From NCBI GenBank assembly GCA_035193785.1, contig CP136572.1, positions 1,440,001 through 1,504,000 of the forward strand: a stretch of 64,000 nucleotides of DNA. Reading direction: 5' to 3'. A program made the translations under genes and the position numbers. The notes below the pieces were generated by a model. It saw only the letters and a list, made by a program, of their open reading frames with translations, did no database searches and was not told the DNA's origin. The number at the start of each line of letters is the position of its first letter. Position 1 is the first letter of the stretch. Of this stretch, positions 44,652 to 57,410 are shown piece by piece. The stretch comes from Planktothrix sp. GU0601_MAG3. Its GTDB lineage: Bacteria; Cyanobacteriota; Cyanobacteriia; Cyanobacteriales; Microcoleaceae.

Positions 44652-46122
44652 ATGACAGAAGAACAAAAAGGACAATGGGATGGGGGACGGTTTCTAAAAA
44701 CTCTGGCTTATTTTGGAGTTGTTCCTTTTATTGGTAATATTAGTTGGATTCAAAAATTATTCGGGATGGGGACAAAACAACCGCAACAGAAACCCAATAT
44801 TATATTAGTAGTTGGGGCGACAGGGGGTGTGGGAAAACGGGTAGTAAAACTGTTAGACCAACGGGGAATAACGGTGCGTTGTTTGGTGAGAGATATTAAA
44901 AGAGCTAGAACAATATTAGGGAATACGGTAGAATTATTTGAAGCGGATTTAACTATTCCTGAAACCTTGACTCCGGCTATTTTTAAAGATATTAGCGCGA
45001 TTATTTGTTGTAATGGAACTAAAGTTCAACCTGTTGAGGGAGATACTCCTAACCGGGAAAAATATTATCAAGGAATTAAGTTTTATATGCCGGAAGTGGT
45101 TGATGTGCCGGAATTAGTGGAATATCAAGGCATCCAAAATTTAATTCATGCTGTACCTTTAACTCTCAAGAAAGTTGGGGATAAAATTCTGTTTGATTTT
45201 ACTAAACCCACGGAGGAGATTAAGGAGATTTGGGGAGCATTAGATGATATTGTCATGGGGGGTATTAGTGAAAGTTCGTTGAAATTAATCCCCGATGGCG
45301 GATTGTTTAGCGGATATGTTTCAACGGCTAATTCCGGGGGATTTGTTTCGGTGAGGACTCGCAATTTTGAACCCGCTTTAGATTTATCAGACTATCAGGG
45401 AATTGAGTTACGAGTCAAAGGAGATGGAAAGCGATATAAATTTATTATTCGCTGTAATGATGGTTGGGATAGTGTGGGATATTGTTATTCTTTTGATACG
45501 GTTTATAATATTCCGATTACCATTAGAATTCCGTTTACAGAATTAATTCCGGTATTTCGAGCTAAAACCCTAAATGACGGAAAACCTTTTAATTCTAGTC
45601 AGGTTTTTTCCCTACAGTTAATGTTGAGTAAATTTGAATATGATGGGGCTTTAAACCCTAAATTTCAACCGGGATTATTTCAATTAGAAATTGAGTCTAT
45701 TAAGGCCTATGGGGGGACGGTATTACCTCGGTTTGTGCAGGTAAGTTCGGCGGGGGTAACTCGTCCAGGTAAACCCGGATTGAATTTAGAAGAAGAACCG
45801 CCTGCGGTGCGTTTAAACGAACAATTGGGAGGGATTTTAACTTGGAAGTTAAAAGGGGAAGATGTGATTCGTTTCTAGCGGTATTCCCTATACAATTATT
45901 CGTCCCTGTGCATTAACAGAAGCACCCGGAGGTGGGGCTTTGAAATTTGCTCAAGGTGATACGATTAAAGGGCAAGTTAGTCGAGAGGATATGGCTGAAT
46001 TATGTATTCAAACATTAACTCAACCGTCAGCTTGTAATACGACATTTGAAGTTAAAACCGAACTGGATAGTCAGTTTTCAGGAAATTGGGATGAGTTATT
46101 TTCTGAGTTAAAATCCGATTAA
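44652..46122 (+). CDS. NAD(P)-binding + CIA30 domain protein (HCF173-like); apparent frameshift at 45871-45875
   Basis: GATGGVG, WGALDDIVMGGISES, GGFVSVRT, corrected IRSSGIPYTIIRPCALTE. Confidence 0.9.
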
Positions 46123-46201
46123 CTATAATTCGTTGTTGGGCTTCAGCGCAAAAATAAAAGGCTAAAGCCCAACAACGGACTTTATTATTGAATAGAAGGT
46201 T

Positions 46202-47090
46202 ATGTTAAAGTTTAAACCCGTTTTCACCCCTTATTTATTTTTATTTCCGGCTTTATTAATGCTCACCTTAACGGTATTTTGGCCAGCATTACAAGCTTTT
46301 TATTTAAGTTTATTTAGTTACGATTTACTCACACCCCCCGAATGGGTCGGGTTAAAAAATTTTCAACGGTTATGGACAGATGAGGTATTCTGGGAAACTT
46401 TAAAAAATACCTTTCTGTATTTAATAATAGTAGTTCCTATTTTAGTGTTTGCGCCCTTAACCTTGGCAATTTTAGTCAATCAAAAATTACGGGGAATCAA
46501 TGGATTTAGAACTGCTTATTATGTCCCCGTTGTGATTTCCATGGTGGTAGCGGGTATTGCTTGGAAATGGTTATATGCAGAAAATGGTTTTTTTAATCAA
46601 CTTTTGAATGCTATTTCTATGCCGCCTATTCCTTGGTTAACCAGTCCTAATGTCGTCTTATTTAGTGTGATGGCGGTGACGATTTGGAAAGGTTTAGGCT
46701 ATTATATGGTCATCTATTTAGCGGGATTACAAAGTATTCCCCTGGAAACTCTATGAAGCCGCCAGTATTGATGGGTCGGATGGGTTGAAAAAACATTGGG
46801 ATATTACCTTACCTTTGATGAAACCCTATATGGTTTTAGTTGGGGTAATTTCGGCGATTTCTTCAACTAAGGTATTTGAAGAAGTATATATTATGACCCA
46901 AGGAGGGCCGAGAAATAGTTCTAAAACCATTGTTTATTATTTATATGAACGGGGATTCCAACAGTTAGAATTCGGTTACGCCTGTACAATTGGGTTAATT
47001 CTGTTTTTAATTGTTTTAGGATTATCGATTTTACGATTAGCAATTGAACGATTTACGGAAAATATCAATAGCAGTAACCATTTGATATAG
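46202..47090 (+). CDS. Carbohydrate ABC transporter permease; apparent frameshift at 46745-46749
   Basis: YLAGLQSIPLELYEAASIDG (corrected EAA motif), TM segments. Confidence 0.9.
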
Positions 47091-47570
47091 GGGCTTGGAG
47101 ACCAAACCCCCCGGGTAGTCGGATAATCACCTGCACCCAGAAGGCTTGTAGAAAGCACATTTGGCTTTTTGATACAATTGTTAATATTCATTTGCAACAT
47201 TTGTTAATGTTAATTTCCCAAGTTTTGAGAACTTAATCTTTTTTTAAAATAGCCCACAACTCCCTGGTGGCAACATTTTTTTACTTTAAGTTACTATGTA
47301 AACAAAAAGAACCTATATTGTAATAGGGATAGAAGGTGGTAGTCTTGAATATAGAGGGAAAAACCCTCAATTCAGAACAAAAGTTCAGACCTAGAAGCAA
47401 AAACAGAAGGTGATCTTAAGAACTGCAAAGTTCAAGAATGATTTAGAAAAACTTCGCTTAGAATGTACAGGTAAGGATTAATACATTCTGATCTGAGTTT
47501 GAACTTAAATAAACAATAAAGATTGACTGAATTTTAATAGAACAGTCATCCCAATGGGAGGAACTTTAAA

Positions 47571-50115
47571 ATGGTTGACACTTATGCAACGACTGCAACA
47601 GTAAATTCAGAAGCGAAAGAAAAAGCTTTTGTACTATGGTTTGACGAAGTGGGGATTTCTGATATTCCCTCAGTCGGTGGGAAAAACGCATCCTTGGGCG
47701 AAATGATTCGAGAAACTGACTTCCCAAGGCGTGAATGTTCCCAATGGATTTGCCACCACTGCTTATGCTTATCGTTATTTTATTGAGTCTGCGGGTTTAG
47801 AGAAAAAGCTGCGGGAACTGTTTGCCGACCTCGACGTTGAAGATATGCCGAACCTGCGACAACGGGGTAAACAGGCTCGTTCATTAATTTTAGACACTCC
47901 CTTTCCACCCGAATTAGAAGCAGCAATTACCAGCGCTTACAAAACACTCTGCGAACGCTACAGCACCGACGGAGATTTTTGTAATCAATTTGGCGAGGAA
48001 TATAAAGAAGAATGCAAACGTTATTCCAATGATGTAGACGTTGCTGTGCGTTCCTCCGCCACCGCCGAAGACTTACCCGATGCCAGTTTTGCCGGACAAC
48101 AGGAAACCTACTTAAACGTTTATGGGGAAGAAGGAGTTTTAGAATCCTGCCATAAATGCTTTGCTTCGATTTTCACCGACCGAGCAATTTCCTATCGCAC
48201 GATTAAAAATTTCGACCATTTTAACGTGGCTCTGTCCGTCGGTGTGCAAAAAATGGTACGGTCTGACCTGGCCTGTTCCGGGGTGATGTTCTCCATTGAT
48301 ACGGAAACCGGATTCAAAAATGCTGCCTTGGTCACTGGCGCCTATGGTTTAGGAGAAAATATTGTTCAAGGTACGGTTAACCCCGATGAATATTTTGTAT
48401 TCAAACCGACCTTACTGCAAGGGTTCCGTCCCATCTTAGAAAAACGCTTAGGCAGTAAAGAACTGAAGATGGTCTATGACATCGGAGGTTCTAAATTAAC
48501 TAAAAATATCTCAGTTCCCCAATCGGAACGGGATAAATACTGTATTACTGACGATGAGATTCTGCAACTGGCGAAGTGGGCTTGTATTATTGAAAACCAC
48601 TATTCCCAAGTGCGGGGTACTTATACGCCGATGGATATTGAATGGGCCAAAGATGGAATTACCGGACAATTATTCATCGTCCAAGCCCGTCCTGAAACCG
48701 TACAATCCCAGAAATCCGCTTCCGTTCTCCGCAACTTTAAACTCCTAGGCACGAGTAAAGTTCTGTCTCGCGGTCGGGCCGTGGGCGAAATGATTGGCCA
48801 AGGCAAAGCCCGGGTGATTCTGGATGTCCATAAAATTGATGAATTCCAAGCGGGTGAAGTGTTAGTCACCAATAAGACTGACCCCGACTGGGAACCGATT
48901 ATGAAGAAATCCAGCGCCATTGTTACCAATGCGGGCGGACGGACTTGCCACGCGGCAATTATCGCCCGGGAAATGGGGATTCCCGCCATTGTCGGTTGCG
49001 GTGATGCCACCTCGGTAATTAAAAACGGCCAAGAAATTACCGTTTCCTCATCTGAAGGAGAAGAAGGTCGGGTTTATGAGGGGTTAGTTCCCTTTGAAAT
49101 CCAAGAAACTATTCTCGATAATCTGCCCAAAACCCGGACGAAAATTTTAATGAACGTGGGCAACCCGGAAGAAGCCTTTGGGTTATCGGGTATTCCCTGC
49201 GATGGTGTGGGGTTAGCGCGGCTGGAGTTTATTATTGCTAACCATATTAAGGCCCACCCCTTAGCGTTGTTGAAATTTGACGAACTCGAAGATGAGTCGG
49301 CCAAACGGGAAATCGCCGAGATGACCAAAATCTACGACCATAAACCGGATTTCTTCGTGGATAAACTGGCCCATGGTATCGGCATGATTGCGGCGGCCTT
49401 CTATCCGAATCCGGTGATTGTGCGGATGTCCGACTTCAAGAGTAACGAATACGCTAACCTCTTAGGTGGCCGTCAGTTTGAACCCAAGGAAGAAAACCCG
49501 ATGATTGGTTGGCGGGGGGCTTCTCGTTACTACGACCCCAACTACCGCGAAGCCTACGGGTTAGAATGCGTCGCCCTGAAACGGGTTCGGGACGAAATGG
49601 GTTTAACCAACGTCACCCCGATGATTCCTTTCTGTCGCACCCCCGATGAAGGTCGGAAAGTGTTAGCAGAAATGGAAAAACACGGTCTGAAACGGGGCGT
49701 CAATGGTTTGGAAGTCTATGTGATGTGTGAACTTCCCAGTAACGTGATTTTCGCCGATGAATTTGCCGCCGTGTTCGATGGATTCTCGATTGGATCTAAT
49801 GATTTAACCCAATTAACGTTAGGTTTAGACCGGGATTCTGCCTTAGTTGCTCATATTTTTGATGAACGCAACGAAGCTGTTCGTCGGATGGTGACTATTG
49901 CGATTAAAGCGGCGAAAAAATATGGTCGCAAGATTGGAATTTGTGGTCAAGCGCCTAGCGATTATCCTGAGTTTGCCCGGTTCTTGGTGGAGTTGGGAAT
50001 TGATTCAATTAGTTTGAATCCTGACTCGGTGATTAAAACCATTCTGGATATTGGCAAAATGGAAGAATCTGGCACGTTGTTAGATGAAGTTATGGACGTT
50101 GCTAAAGCCAAATAA
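47571..50115 (+). CDS. ppsA: Phosphoenolpyruvate synthase; apparent frameshift at 47712-47716
   Basis: VGGKNASLGEM, AVRSSATAEDLP, GGRTCHAAII, SIGSNDLTQ, GICGQAPSD. Confidence 0.97.
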
Positions 50116-50274
50116 ATCCTCGTAGAGACGTGCCACGGCGCGTCTCTCTACTCTCTACTCTCTACTCCACCGGGATTGTTTGCTAAATTTTAGGATTTGA
50201 TATTATTAGGGTATGGCGATGCTGTACCCTTTATTTATTGGGGTTAATCTTGCCAGTAAATCTATTGGATTTTT

Positions 50275-51102
50275 ATGGAAAGAAGAAAAATTTTGATTGC
50301 GACTAAAACCTATCCTTCAATTAGTACCAAGTACCGAGAAACCGTCTGTACTGCTGGTATTCTTCTGGATGATAACGAACAACCTTTAGAATGGATTCGT
50401 ATTTATCCTGTACGATTTAGAAAGCTAGATTTTGATAAACGTTATCCCCGTTGGTCAATTATTAGTGCTAAGATAGAAAAAAATGATAAGGATTCCAGAT
50501 TAGAGAGTTATCGGATTGATGATTCTTCTATCGAAATTTTAAGGCGCATAGGAACGCAAAATAATTGGTCAGAAAGGAGATCTTTTGTATTAACCTTACA
50601 ATTTCAATCAATCCAAGATATTAGAGATCAAGGGAAATCTCTGGGAATTATTAAACCAGAGTCTATCCTAAAATATTATTATGAAAAAGACAAGCGTGAA
50701 TGGGGAGATAAACAACAAGGAATATTAGATCAACCAGACTTCTTTGAAATTCCTTCAGATCTTGAAAAAATACCCTACAAATTTGGTTACGAATTTATTG
50801 AAAATAATCAAGTTAAACATAAATTTTCAATAAATGATTGGGAAATCTTTCAACTCTATCGAAACTGTAGAGATGGATCAAAAAAATCTAGTTTAGCAGA
50901 ACAAGAAGCGGAAGCACTAGAAAAAGTGAGACAAAGGTTTGAATTTGATTTTTTAAGCAAAAACGATTTATACTTTATTGTGGGAAACCAAAAAAATCGC
51001 CGTCATATTTTTATGATCATAGGTGTGTTTTATCCTCCTATCCCTAAAAATAATAAGCAATCTGAATCTAGCTATCAGCAATTAACGTTGTTTGATTCCT
51101 AA
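50275..51102 (+). CDS. Dual-OB-fold (DuOB)-like protein, DUF488-associated
   Basis: KTYPSISTKYRETVCTAG, WIRIYPV, DSRLESYR, SLGIIKP, DWE, FIVGN..FMIIGVFYP. Fold assignment inferred from recalled family motifs and the adjacent DUF488. Confidence 0.6.
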   Translation: MERRKILIATKTYPSISTKYRETVCTAGILLDDNEQPLEWIRIYPVRFRKLDFDKRYPRWSIISAKIEKNDKDSRLESYRIDDSSIEILRRIGTQNNWSERRSFVLTLQFQSIQDIRDQGKSLGIIKPESILKYYYEKDKREWGDKQQGILDQPDFFEIPSDLEKIPYKFGYEFIENNQVKHKFSINDWEIFQLYRNCRDGSKKSSLAEQEAEALEKVRQRFEFDFLSKNDLYFIVGNQKNRRHIFMIIGVFYPPIPKNNKQSESSYQQLTLFDS

Positions 51103-51109
51103 TAAAAAT

Positions 51110-51539
51110 ATGAAAAGAAAAATTTCCAACTTGAAAAAAAGGCTTATCCTAACCTTCGGATATGGTAATCGAAAAAACTATGATGTGTTTTTAGAATATC
51201 TGAACAAATATCAGGTTAATTTTGTCATTGATGTGAGAATGACTCCCCGGGCTTGGAGTCGTAAATGGTATGGGAATAAACTGCAAGAAGTTTGTGAAGC
51301 TCATAATATTAAATATATCTCTAAAACAGCTTTAGGTAATACATCCGGTCAACAAAATTGGATTCCTCCCGACCGAGAAGCAGCAGATATCGCTTTGGGT
51401 GAAGTGGCAGAAATGGCTGAAAAAGGAACGGTTTTATTATTGTGTGCTGAAATGAACTTTCAGAGATGTCATAGAAACAGATGTGGCTAGTCATCTAATT
51501 AAACTAATTTCCAATAGTCAAATTGAACATTTAGAGTAG
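51110..51539 (+). CDS. DUF488 family protein; apparent frameshift at 51474-51478
   Basis: LTFGYG, VIDVRMTP, ALG, LLLCAE..RCHRTDVASHL (corrected), terminal IEHL. Confidence 0.85.
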
Positions 51540-51629
51540 ATTAACTGATTTTTTGAAATACAAGAGATATTTATGAGGATTTAGCAGTCGGTGGAACGAA
51601 ATATCCTAAAACCGATACTAGGAAACCAA

Positions 51630-53962
51630 ATGAACCGAATTTCGCGCCGGATTTTATATTGTTTTCGCCATCGGGCAATCCGAACTATTTTAGTCCTATT
51701 CTGTTTAGGGGCAATGGTACGATTATTTCCCTATTTTATTCCCATTCATGCAGCAGATATTCAACAAAAAGATATAGCTTTTGAATTTAGCGATCGCAAT
51801 AATTTACCATTAGGAACAATTCTAAGTTCCGATCAAAATCATACCGCAATTGTTCCTTTAAGTCAAGTTTCACCCCATTTTATTCAAGGAATTATTGCGG
51901 CTGAAGATAAACGCTATTATCAACATGGGGCGGTTGATTACGTTGCCCTAATTCGTGCAATTTTAGAAGCATTTCAAGCCAAACAAATTGTTAGCGGTGC
52001 GTCTACTATTACCATGCAATTAGCCAGATTATTAGAACCTGCGCCTCGAACCCTACCGAATAAATTTGGCGAAATCTGGTTATCTTGGCGACTCACCGCC
52101 GGAATGAATCAACAGGAAATCCTAGAAAATTATATTAACCGTTTACCCATGGGAGGTAATTTATATGGCGTTGAAGCGGCGGCAAAAACCTATTTTAATA
52201 CCTCTGCATTAGAGTTAAATTTAGCCCAAGCCAGTCTATTAGCCGCCCTTCCTAATGACCCCACCGACCTAAATCCTTATTATAATTTATCCTCCTTAAA
52301 AAAACGTCAAAATTATGTATTAAAAAGAATGGTTGAAGATGGATATATTACCACTATTCAAGCGGAAACGCGCCTATCAAGAAAAGTTAAAATTACAACC
52401 CCAACAACAAGGGATTATTGCCGCCCCCCATTTTCTCTTTTGGCTAACCGAAAAGTTAACCCATTCATCCCCTTCTTCTGAAGCTTTGACACAGCAAGAA
52501 TCAGCCAATTACATCCAAACAACCCTTGATCGCCCCCTCCAGCAATTTATTGAAGCACAAATCGAACAAATTATTATCAGTTTAAAAGATCATAATGTTC
52601 ATCATGCTGCGGCAATTGTTATTGATAATCATAGCGGAGATGTGTTAGCTTATGTGGGTTCTCCCGATTATTTTAATAGCGACCAATTGGGGCGAAATGA
52701 TGGGGTTCAAGCCTTGCGACAACCCGGATCAACTTTGAAGCCCTTTTTATATGAATTAGCTTTAGCAAAAGGAGTGATTGAACCGAATACAATCTTAGCT
52801 GATGTTCCTACTTATTATGCCATTCCTGGGGCAAAACTTTATAGTCCAACGGATTACAGTGAAACTTTTTTAGGCCCAGTGCGGGTGCGGATCGCGTTAG
52901 CAAATTCGTTAAATGTTCCGGCGGTAAAAGTATTAGAAAAAGTCACAGTGACAGTATTTTTAGAACGGTTAAAAAAATTGGGATTTCAACATTTAACCCA
53001 GTCCCCTGATTATTATGGTTTAGGATTAACTTTAGGAAGTGGAGAAGTCAGTTTATGGGAATTAGCCCAGGCTTATTTAATTATGGCAAATCAAGGTAAA
53101 ATTATCACACCAAATGTGATCATAAATCAAACTAAAAATATCAAAAATTCTCAACTTTCTATTGATACTCCTGTCACCTGGCAATTAATCACTAATATGT
53201 TAAGTGATGCCCATGCAAGATCCCATTCTTTTGGGATTGATTCTGTCTTGAATTTACCCTTTCCCGTTGCAGTTAAAACCGGAACTTCTTCCAATTATCG
53301 AGATACTTGGACAGTGGGGTTTACAACAGATTATACCGTAGCAACTTGGGTGGGGAATTTTGATGGTCAAGGAATGCAAAATGTCTCTGGGGTAACGGGT
53401 GCAGCACCCTTATGGAATCGAATTTTATTGCATTTACATGAAATAAAAGAAACCCGCTAATTTTTTCCAACCTTTAGGGTTTATTCAGTTACCGATTTGT
53501 GCAACAACGGGGTTACGTCCAACGACCGATTGTTCGGGAGGTATTGTATTAGAGTATTTCGATTTGAAAACCGTTTCTAAATATTATAAAAAATCACCTC
53601 AAGTTGGATTAAATTCTGAATATAATGAATGGTTGTCTCGACAATCCCATCCTCAGTTAACCCAAAATCAGTTAAAAATTATTTCTCCTCAAGCTGATGA
53701 TTATTTTGTGATTAATTCGGGAGAAACTGCTAAATTAGAACTTAAAATTGCTGGCAATTCTCAACAGTCTGTGGAATGGTGGTTAAATGGGGAAAAATTA
53801 AATTCTCAGTCTGATAATTCTCTATTTTGGCAATTACAACCCGGACAATGGAGATTAACCGTTAAACAGGGAACTCAACAGGATAGTGTTCAATTTCAAG
53901 TGCAAAAAGCCAACAAAAAACCATATCACCCAGGTTTTTCGCTTGTTAATACTAATAAATAG
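51630..53962 (+). CDS. pbpC: Penicillin-binding protein 1C; apparent frameshifts at 52365 and 53449
   Basis: AEDKRY, GASTITMQLAR, RQPGSTLKPF, SLN, KTGTS, C-terminal PBP1C-like domain (IISPQADD..WWLNG). Confidence 0.9.
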
Positions 53963-54010
53963 GTTTAGATAATTTATGGCTCTAATTAAGTTATAGATAT
54001 ATTGGTTAAT

Positions 54011-54073
54011 TGTAGTGAATCATACAGATTCTTTTCTTTACAAAACCTTTATAATCCTATACAGATTCTTTTC
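54011..54073 (+). promoter_or_regulatory. Candidate NtcA box plus a 15-bp direct repeat
   Basis: TGTAGTGAATCATACA (54011-54026), TATAAT at 54050, ATACAGATTCTTTTC at 54022 and 54059. Confidence 0.4.
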
Positions 54074-54165
54074 CAATCCTTTACCCAATTGTTGATTGAG
54101 ATTTGTAAAGTAGAAAGTAGACAACCGAAAAAATACGGTTGTATTGTCCCTCAACAAATTAAAAT

Positions 54166-54426
54166 ATGCGTAACTTGATTTCTCCTGTGCTTAACCCTCT
54201 CCGTCAATGGTTGGATAGTCTGGATATTCATAACCCTGATTTGGCGTTGTTTTTATATCGGGTAATTCCAGCGCAGTGTCCGTTTGCCCGGAATATTAAA
54301 CTATTTGGACATACCATTTTACACATTCCTCCCCTGTGCAAATTCAATCCTTTATACGAACAATTGATGGGTTTGCGGTTTCGGGCAATGTGTTATTTAG
54401 TTGATGAATGTGGTATGACCATTTAA
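54166..54426 (+). CDS. Mo-dependent nitrogenase C-terminal domain-containing small protein
   Basis: PLRQWLD..IPAQCPFAR..HIPPLCKFNPLYEQLMGLRFRA. Confidence 0.9.
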   Translation: MRNLISPVLNPLRQWLDSLDIHNPDLALFLYRVIPAQCPFARNIKLFGHTILHIPPLCKFNPLYEQLMGLRFRAMCYLVDECGMTI

Positions 54427-54528
54427 CCCCGGAAATTATAGCAGTAGTACCAGGATATTAGGACAAAAACAGATGCTTAAACCCATTTTTTTTGCCGTTG
54501 CCTGTTGCCTATTTCCTATTCCCTTTTA

Positions 54529-57232
54529 TCAGTATTTTTCAACAGCAGGTCGAACTAAAATAACTGTACATTGACAGTTTTTAGCGATCGCTTCTGGAAT
54601 ATTACCATGAATTACTTGTCGTAACATACCCTCTCGACTTGCCCCTAAAATAATCACATCACATTGATCTTTATCCGCTAAATCAATCACCGCTTCCGAT
54701 ACGGAATTAGAACAAACATTGCTAAAAATTACCTCCGTATTTAAACGATGACTTAAATTTTCCGAATCTTGGTTAAAATCCATAATTTCCTGTGTAGAAA
54801 TCATATTTTTAACTACTCTAAAAAGACAAATTTTCGGAGAAAAACTTAACTTAATTAATGCGGGTAAAAGCTGCACAGAAACAGAATTTTCCAGGGTGTC
54901 TCTAACTGGAACTAACCAACGATGCCAAGCCGAAATTGGGCAATTATCAGGATCAGAATTAGTATTAGTTTGAGGAGCATGGGGCGTTTGATTTTGACCC
55001 CATTTTATCAACATAACTTGGCAGGGAACTAGACGAATAACCGCATCCATCACATTACCAAAAATTCGATCTGGTGCTGATATATCCCCATGCCAACCCA
55101 TTAATAATAAATCAATATGTTCCTCTTGAGTTATTTCTAAAATCGCTTGGGCGACATCATGGGCAACTCGAATTTGAGTATGAACAGAAATCTTTAAATT
55201 CTGCCCTAAGCGTTCAGCTTGTTGTAATAAACGCCGACTTTTTGTTAATCGAACCGAAGTTTCTGAAGGAGATTTACTATAGGGAATAGTAATCACTGTA
55301 ATACATTCTAATTCATAATTGCGTTCCTGGGCGATTGTTACGGCAACTTTTAATAATGCCGGGGCAGTTTGGGGGTTATATAATGATACTAATAAACGCC
55401 CATTTCCGGTTTGCGGCCCCCTAGTTTGATAGGCAATATAAGAAGATTCATAATGTCGCCCGACTTGGGTTGCTTCCCCATTAATCTGCCCTAACTCTGC
55501 CCGAATAATATCACTGCGAGTAATAATTCCCACTAAATGATGATGTTCTATAACGGGTAAACGACTGAGTTTATAATGACCCAATAAATACAAAACGTGA
55601 GTTAAATTATCATCGGGATTAACAGTAATTGGTTGGGGAGTCATTACCTGAAAAATGGGAGTATTTTCAGGTAATTGGCGACTGGTAATTTGGGTTAAAT
55701 CTGTTTGGGTAATAATTCCGACTAACTTTCCTTTATCTACTACCGGAAACCCGCGATGATGGGATTTTGCAAAGGCTTCAATCACCTGTTCCAAGGTTAA
55801 ATTACTGGTTAAAATTTCAACATTTCTTTGCATAACATTGGCGGCGCGTAACTTGCCCAATGCCCCATCAATTGGGTGATCGGATTTGAGTTCAATTCCA
55901 TTCAATTTTAATAACTGATCATAGAGAGATTCTGGATCAATTTTTTCCGCAATTAAATATGCTACAATAGAGGAAATCATCAACGGTAAAACTAACCCGA
56001 AATCCGTGGTAATTTCAAACACAATCACCACCGCCGTCATCGGTGTTCGCGCCACGGCACAAAAAAAAGCCCCCATCCCGGCAAAGGCAAAAACCATGGG
56101 TTGGTCAATTCCTAACATGAATCCCGATTCCCAGGTTTCCGACTAAATGACCTAGGGCGGAACCTAATACTAAAGAAGGGGCAAATAATCCCCCAGGGGC
56201 GCCAGAACTGGCTGCAATTATAGTTAGAATAAAATGAGCCGTAAATGCTAAAGCACTGGTTTCCCAGGTTAAGTCCCCACTTAAAATTAATTGTCGAATT
56301 CCGGTATTATTTCTAAAGGAAAGGGGCAATAATGATACGACTAAACCCGATAATAACCCAGCCACTGCCATGCGCTGAGGTAATCCCCAACGTAACACCC
56401 GGCGGTTAAATTTTGAACCCGCAATAATGCTGTGACCAAAAATTGTTCCTAAAACACCAGCTAGAATTCCTAATAGGATAAATAAAGGAATTTCTCTAGC
56501 ATAGAGTAATCGATCCTGTACGGTTTCTAATATAACCGTTTTTGTCACACTATTACTGAATTCTTGACCTCCTAATAAACGGGAAACCACCGCACCAATA
56601 AAAGAGGCAATAATCGCCGGGCCGAGGGTAATTCCTGACACATCATGCAGCAGTTCTTCTACTACAAATAATACTCCGGCGATGGGGGCATTAAATCCAG
56701 CAGCTAATCCGGCGGCGGCACCACAAGCGATTAATTGGCGACGGTAATTTGGAGAGGTGGGAACCCAACGACTAATCCAAGCGGCTAAAGCGGCACCAAT
56801 TTGAACAGTCGGCCCTTGACGTCCTAAAGTTAACCCAGAACCCATCGTAAACATCGTGCCAATAAGTTTAGCAAATGCCACTCGAAAGTCAAGGGAAATC
56901 GGTTCTCCCGCCAATGCTGCTTTCACTTGTGGAATCCCACTTCCGGCGGTTTCTGGTGCTAATCTTTCTACTAAAAAACCCGTTAATAAACCGCCAATTA
57001 ATCCCACACCTGGAAGAAATATCCAAGGAGGAATCGCGGAATTTAAGGATGTGGAAATTCGCCAAGAACCTAACCAACCCGCACCTTCTTTTAATAGAAA
57101 TGCCGCTAAACCGGACACCAAGCCAATTAAACCCGCTTCAATAATGGCAAAACGTTTCGGGGTCGTGGGTGATAAAATTTTGGAGAACAGAACTGAAACT
57201 TCTCTGGGGATAGAGATAGAGATGCGCCACAT
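54529..57232 (-). CDS. ClC family chloride channel/antiporter with CBS pair and USP domains; apparent frameshift at 56135-56139
   Basis: GSGIP, GRQGP, AAGFNAP, GGLFAP, CBS (GFPVVD), USP (IILGASREG..GNIPEAI). Confidence 0.9.
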
Positions 57233-57234
57233 AA

Positions 57235-57410
57235 TCAGTTATCAGTAAACAGTCATCAGTTATCAGTGTAAGAGGTATAGCGAGGGAAAAGGGAATAGGG
57301 AACAGGGAACAGGGAACAGGGAACAGGGAAAGAGTTGATTGTTAATATTTGTGGGCTGAAAACATTTAACTGTAAACTTCTTAACTGATAACTGTTAACT
57401 GTTAACTGAT
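57235..57410. repeat. Composite element: TCAGTTA arm, nested GGGAACA array, shared core, TAACTG arm
   Basis: The core AGAGTTGATTGTTAATATTTGTGGGCT at 57331 is repeated at 58975. Confidence 0.8.

Noticed and set aside
54166..54426. Evidence of nitrogen fixation
   Set aside because: This small domain is common in non-diazotrophic cyanobacteria, and no nif genes are in the window.
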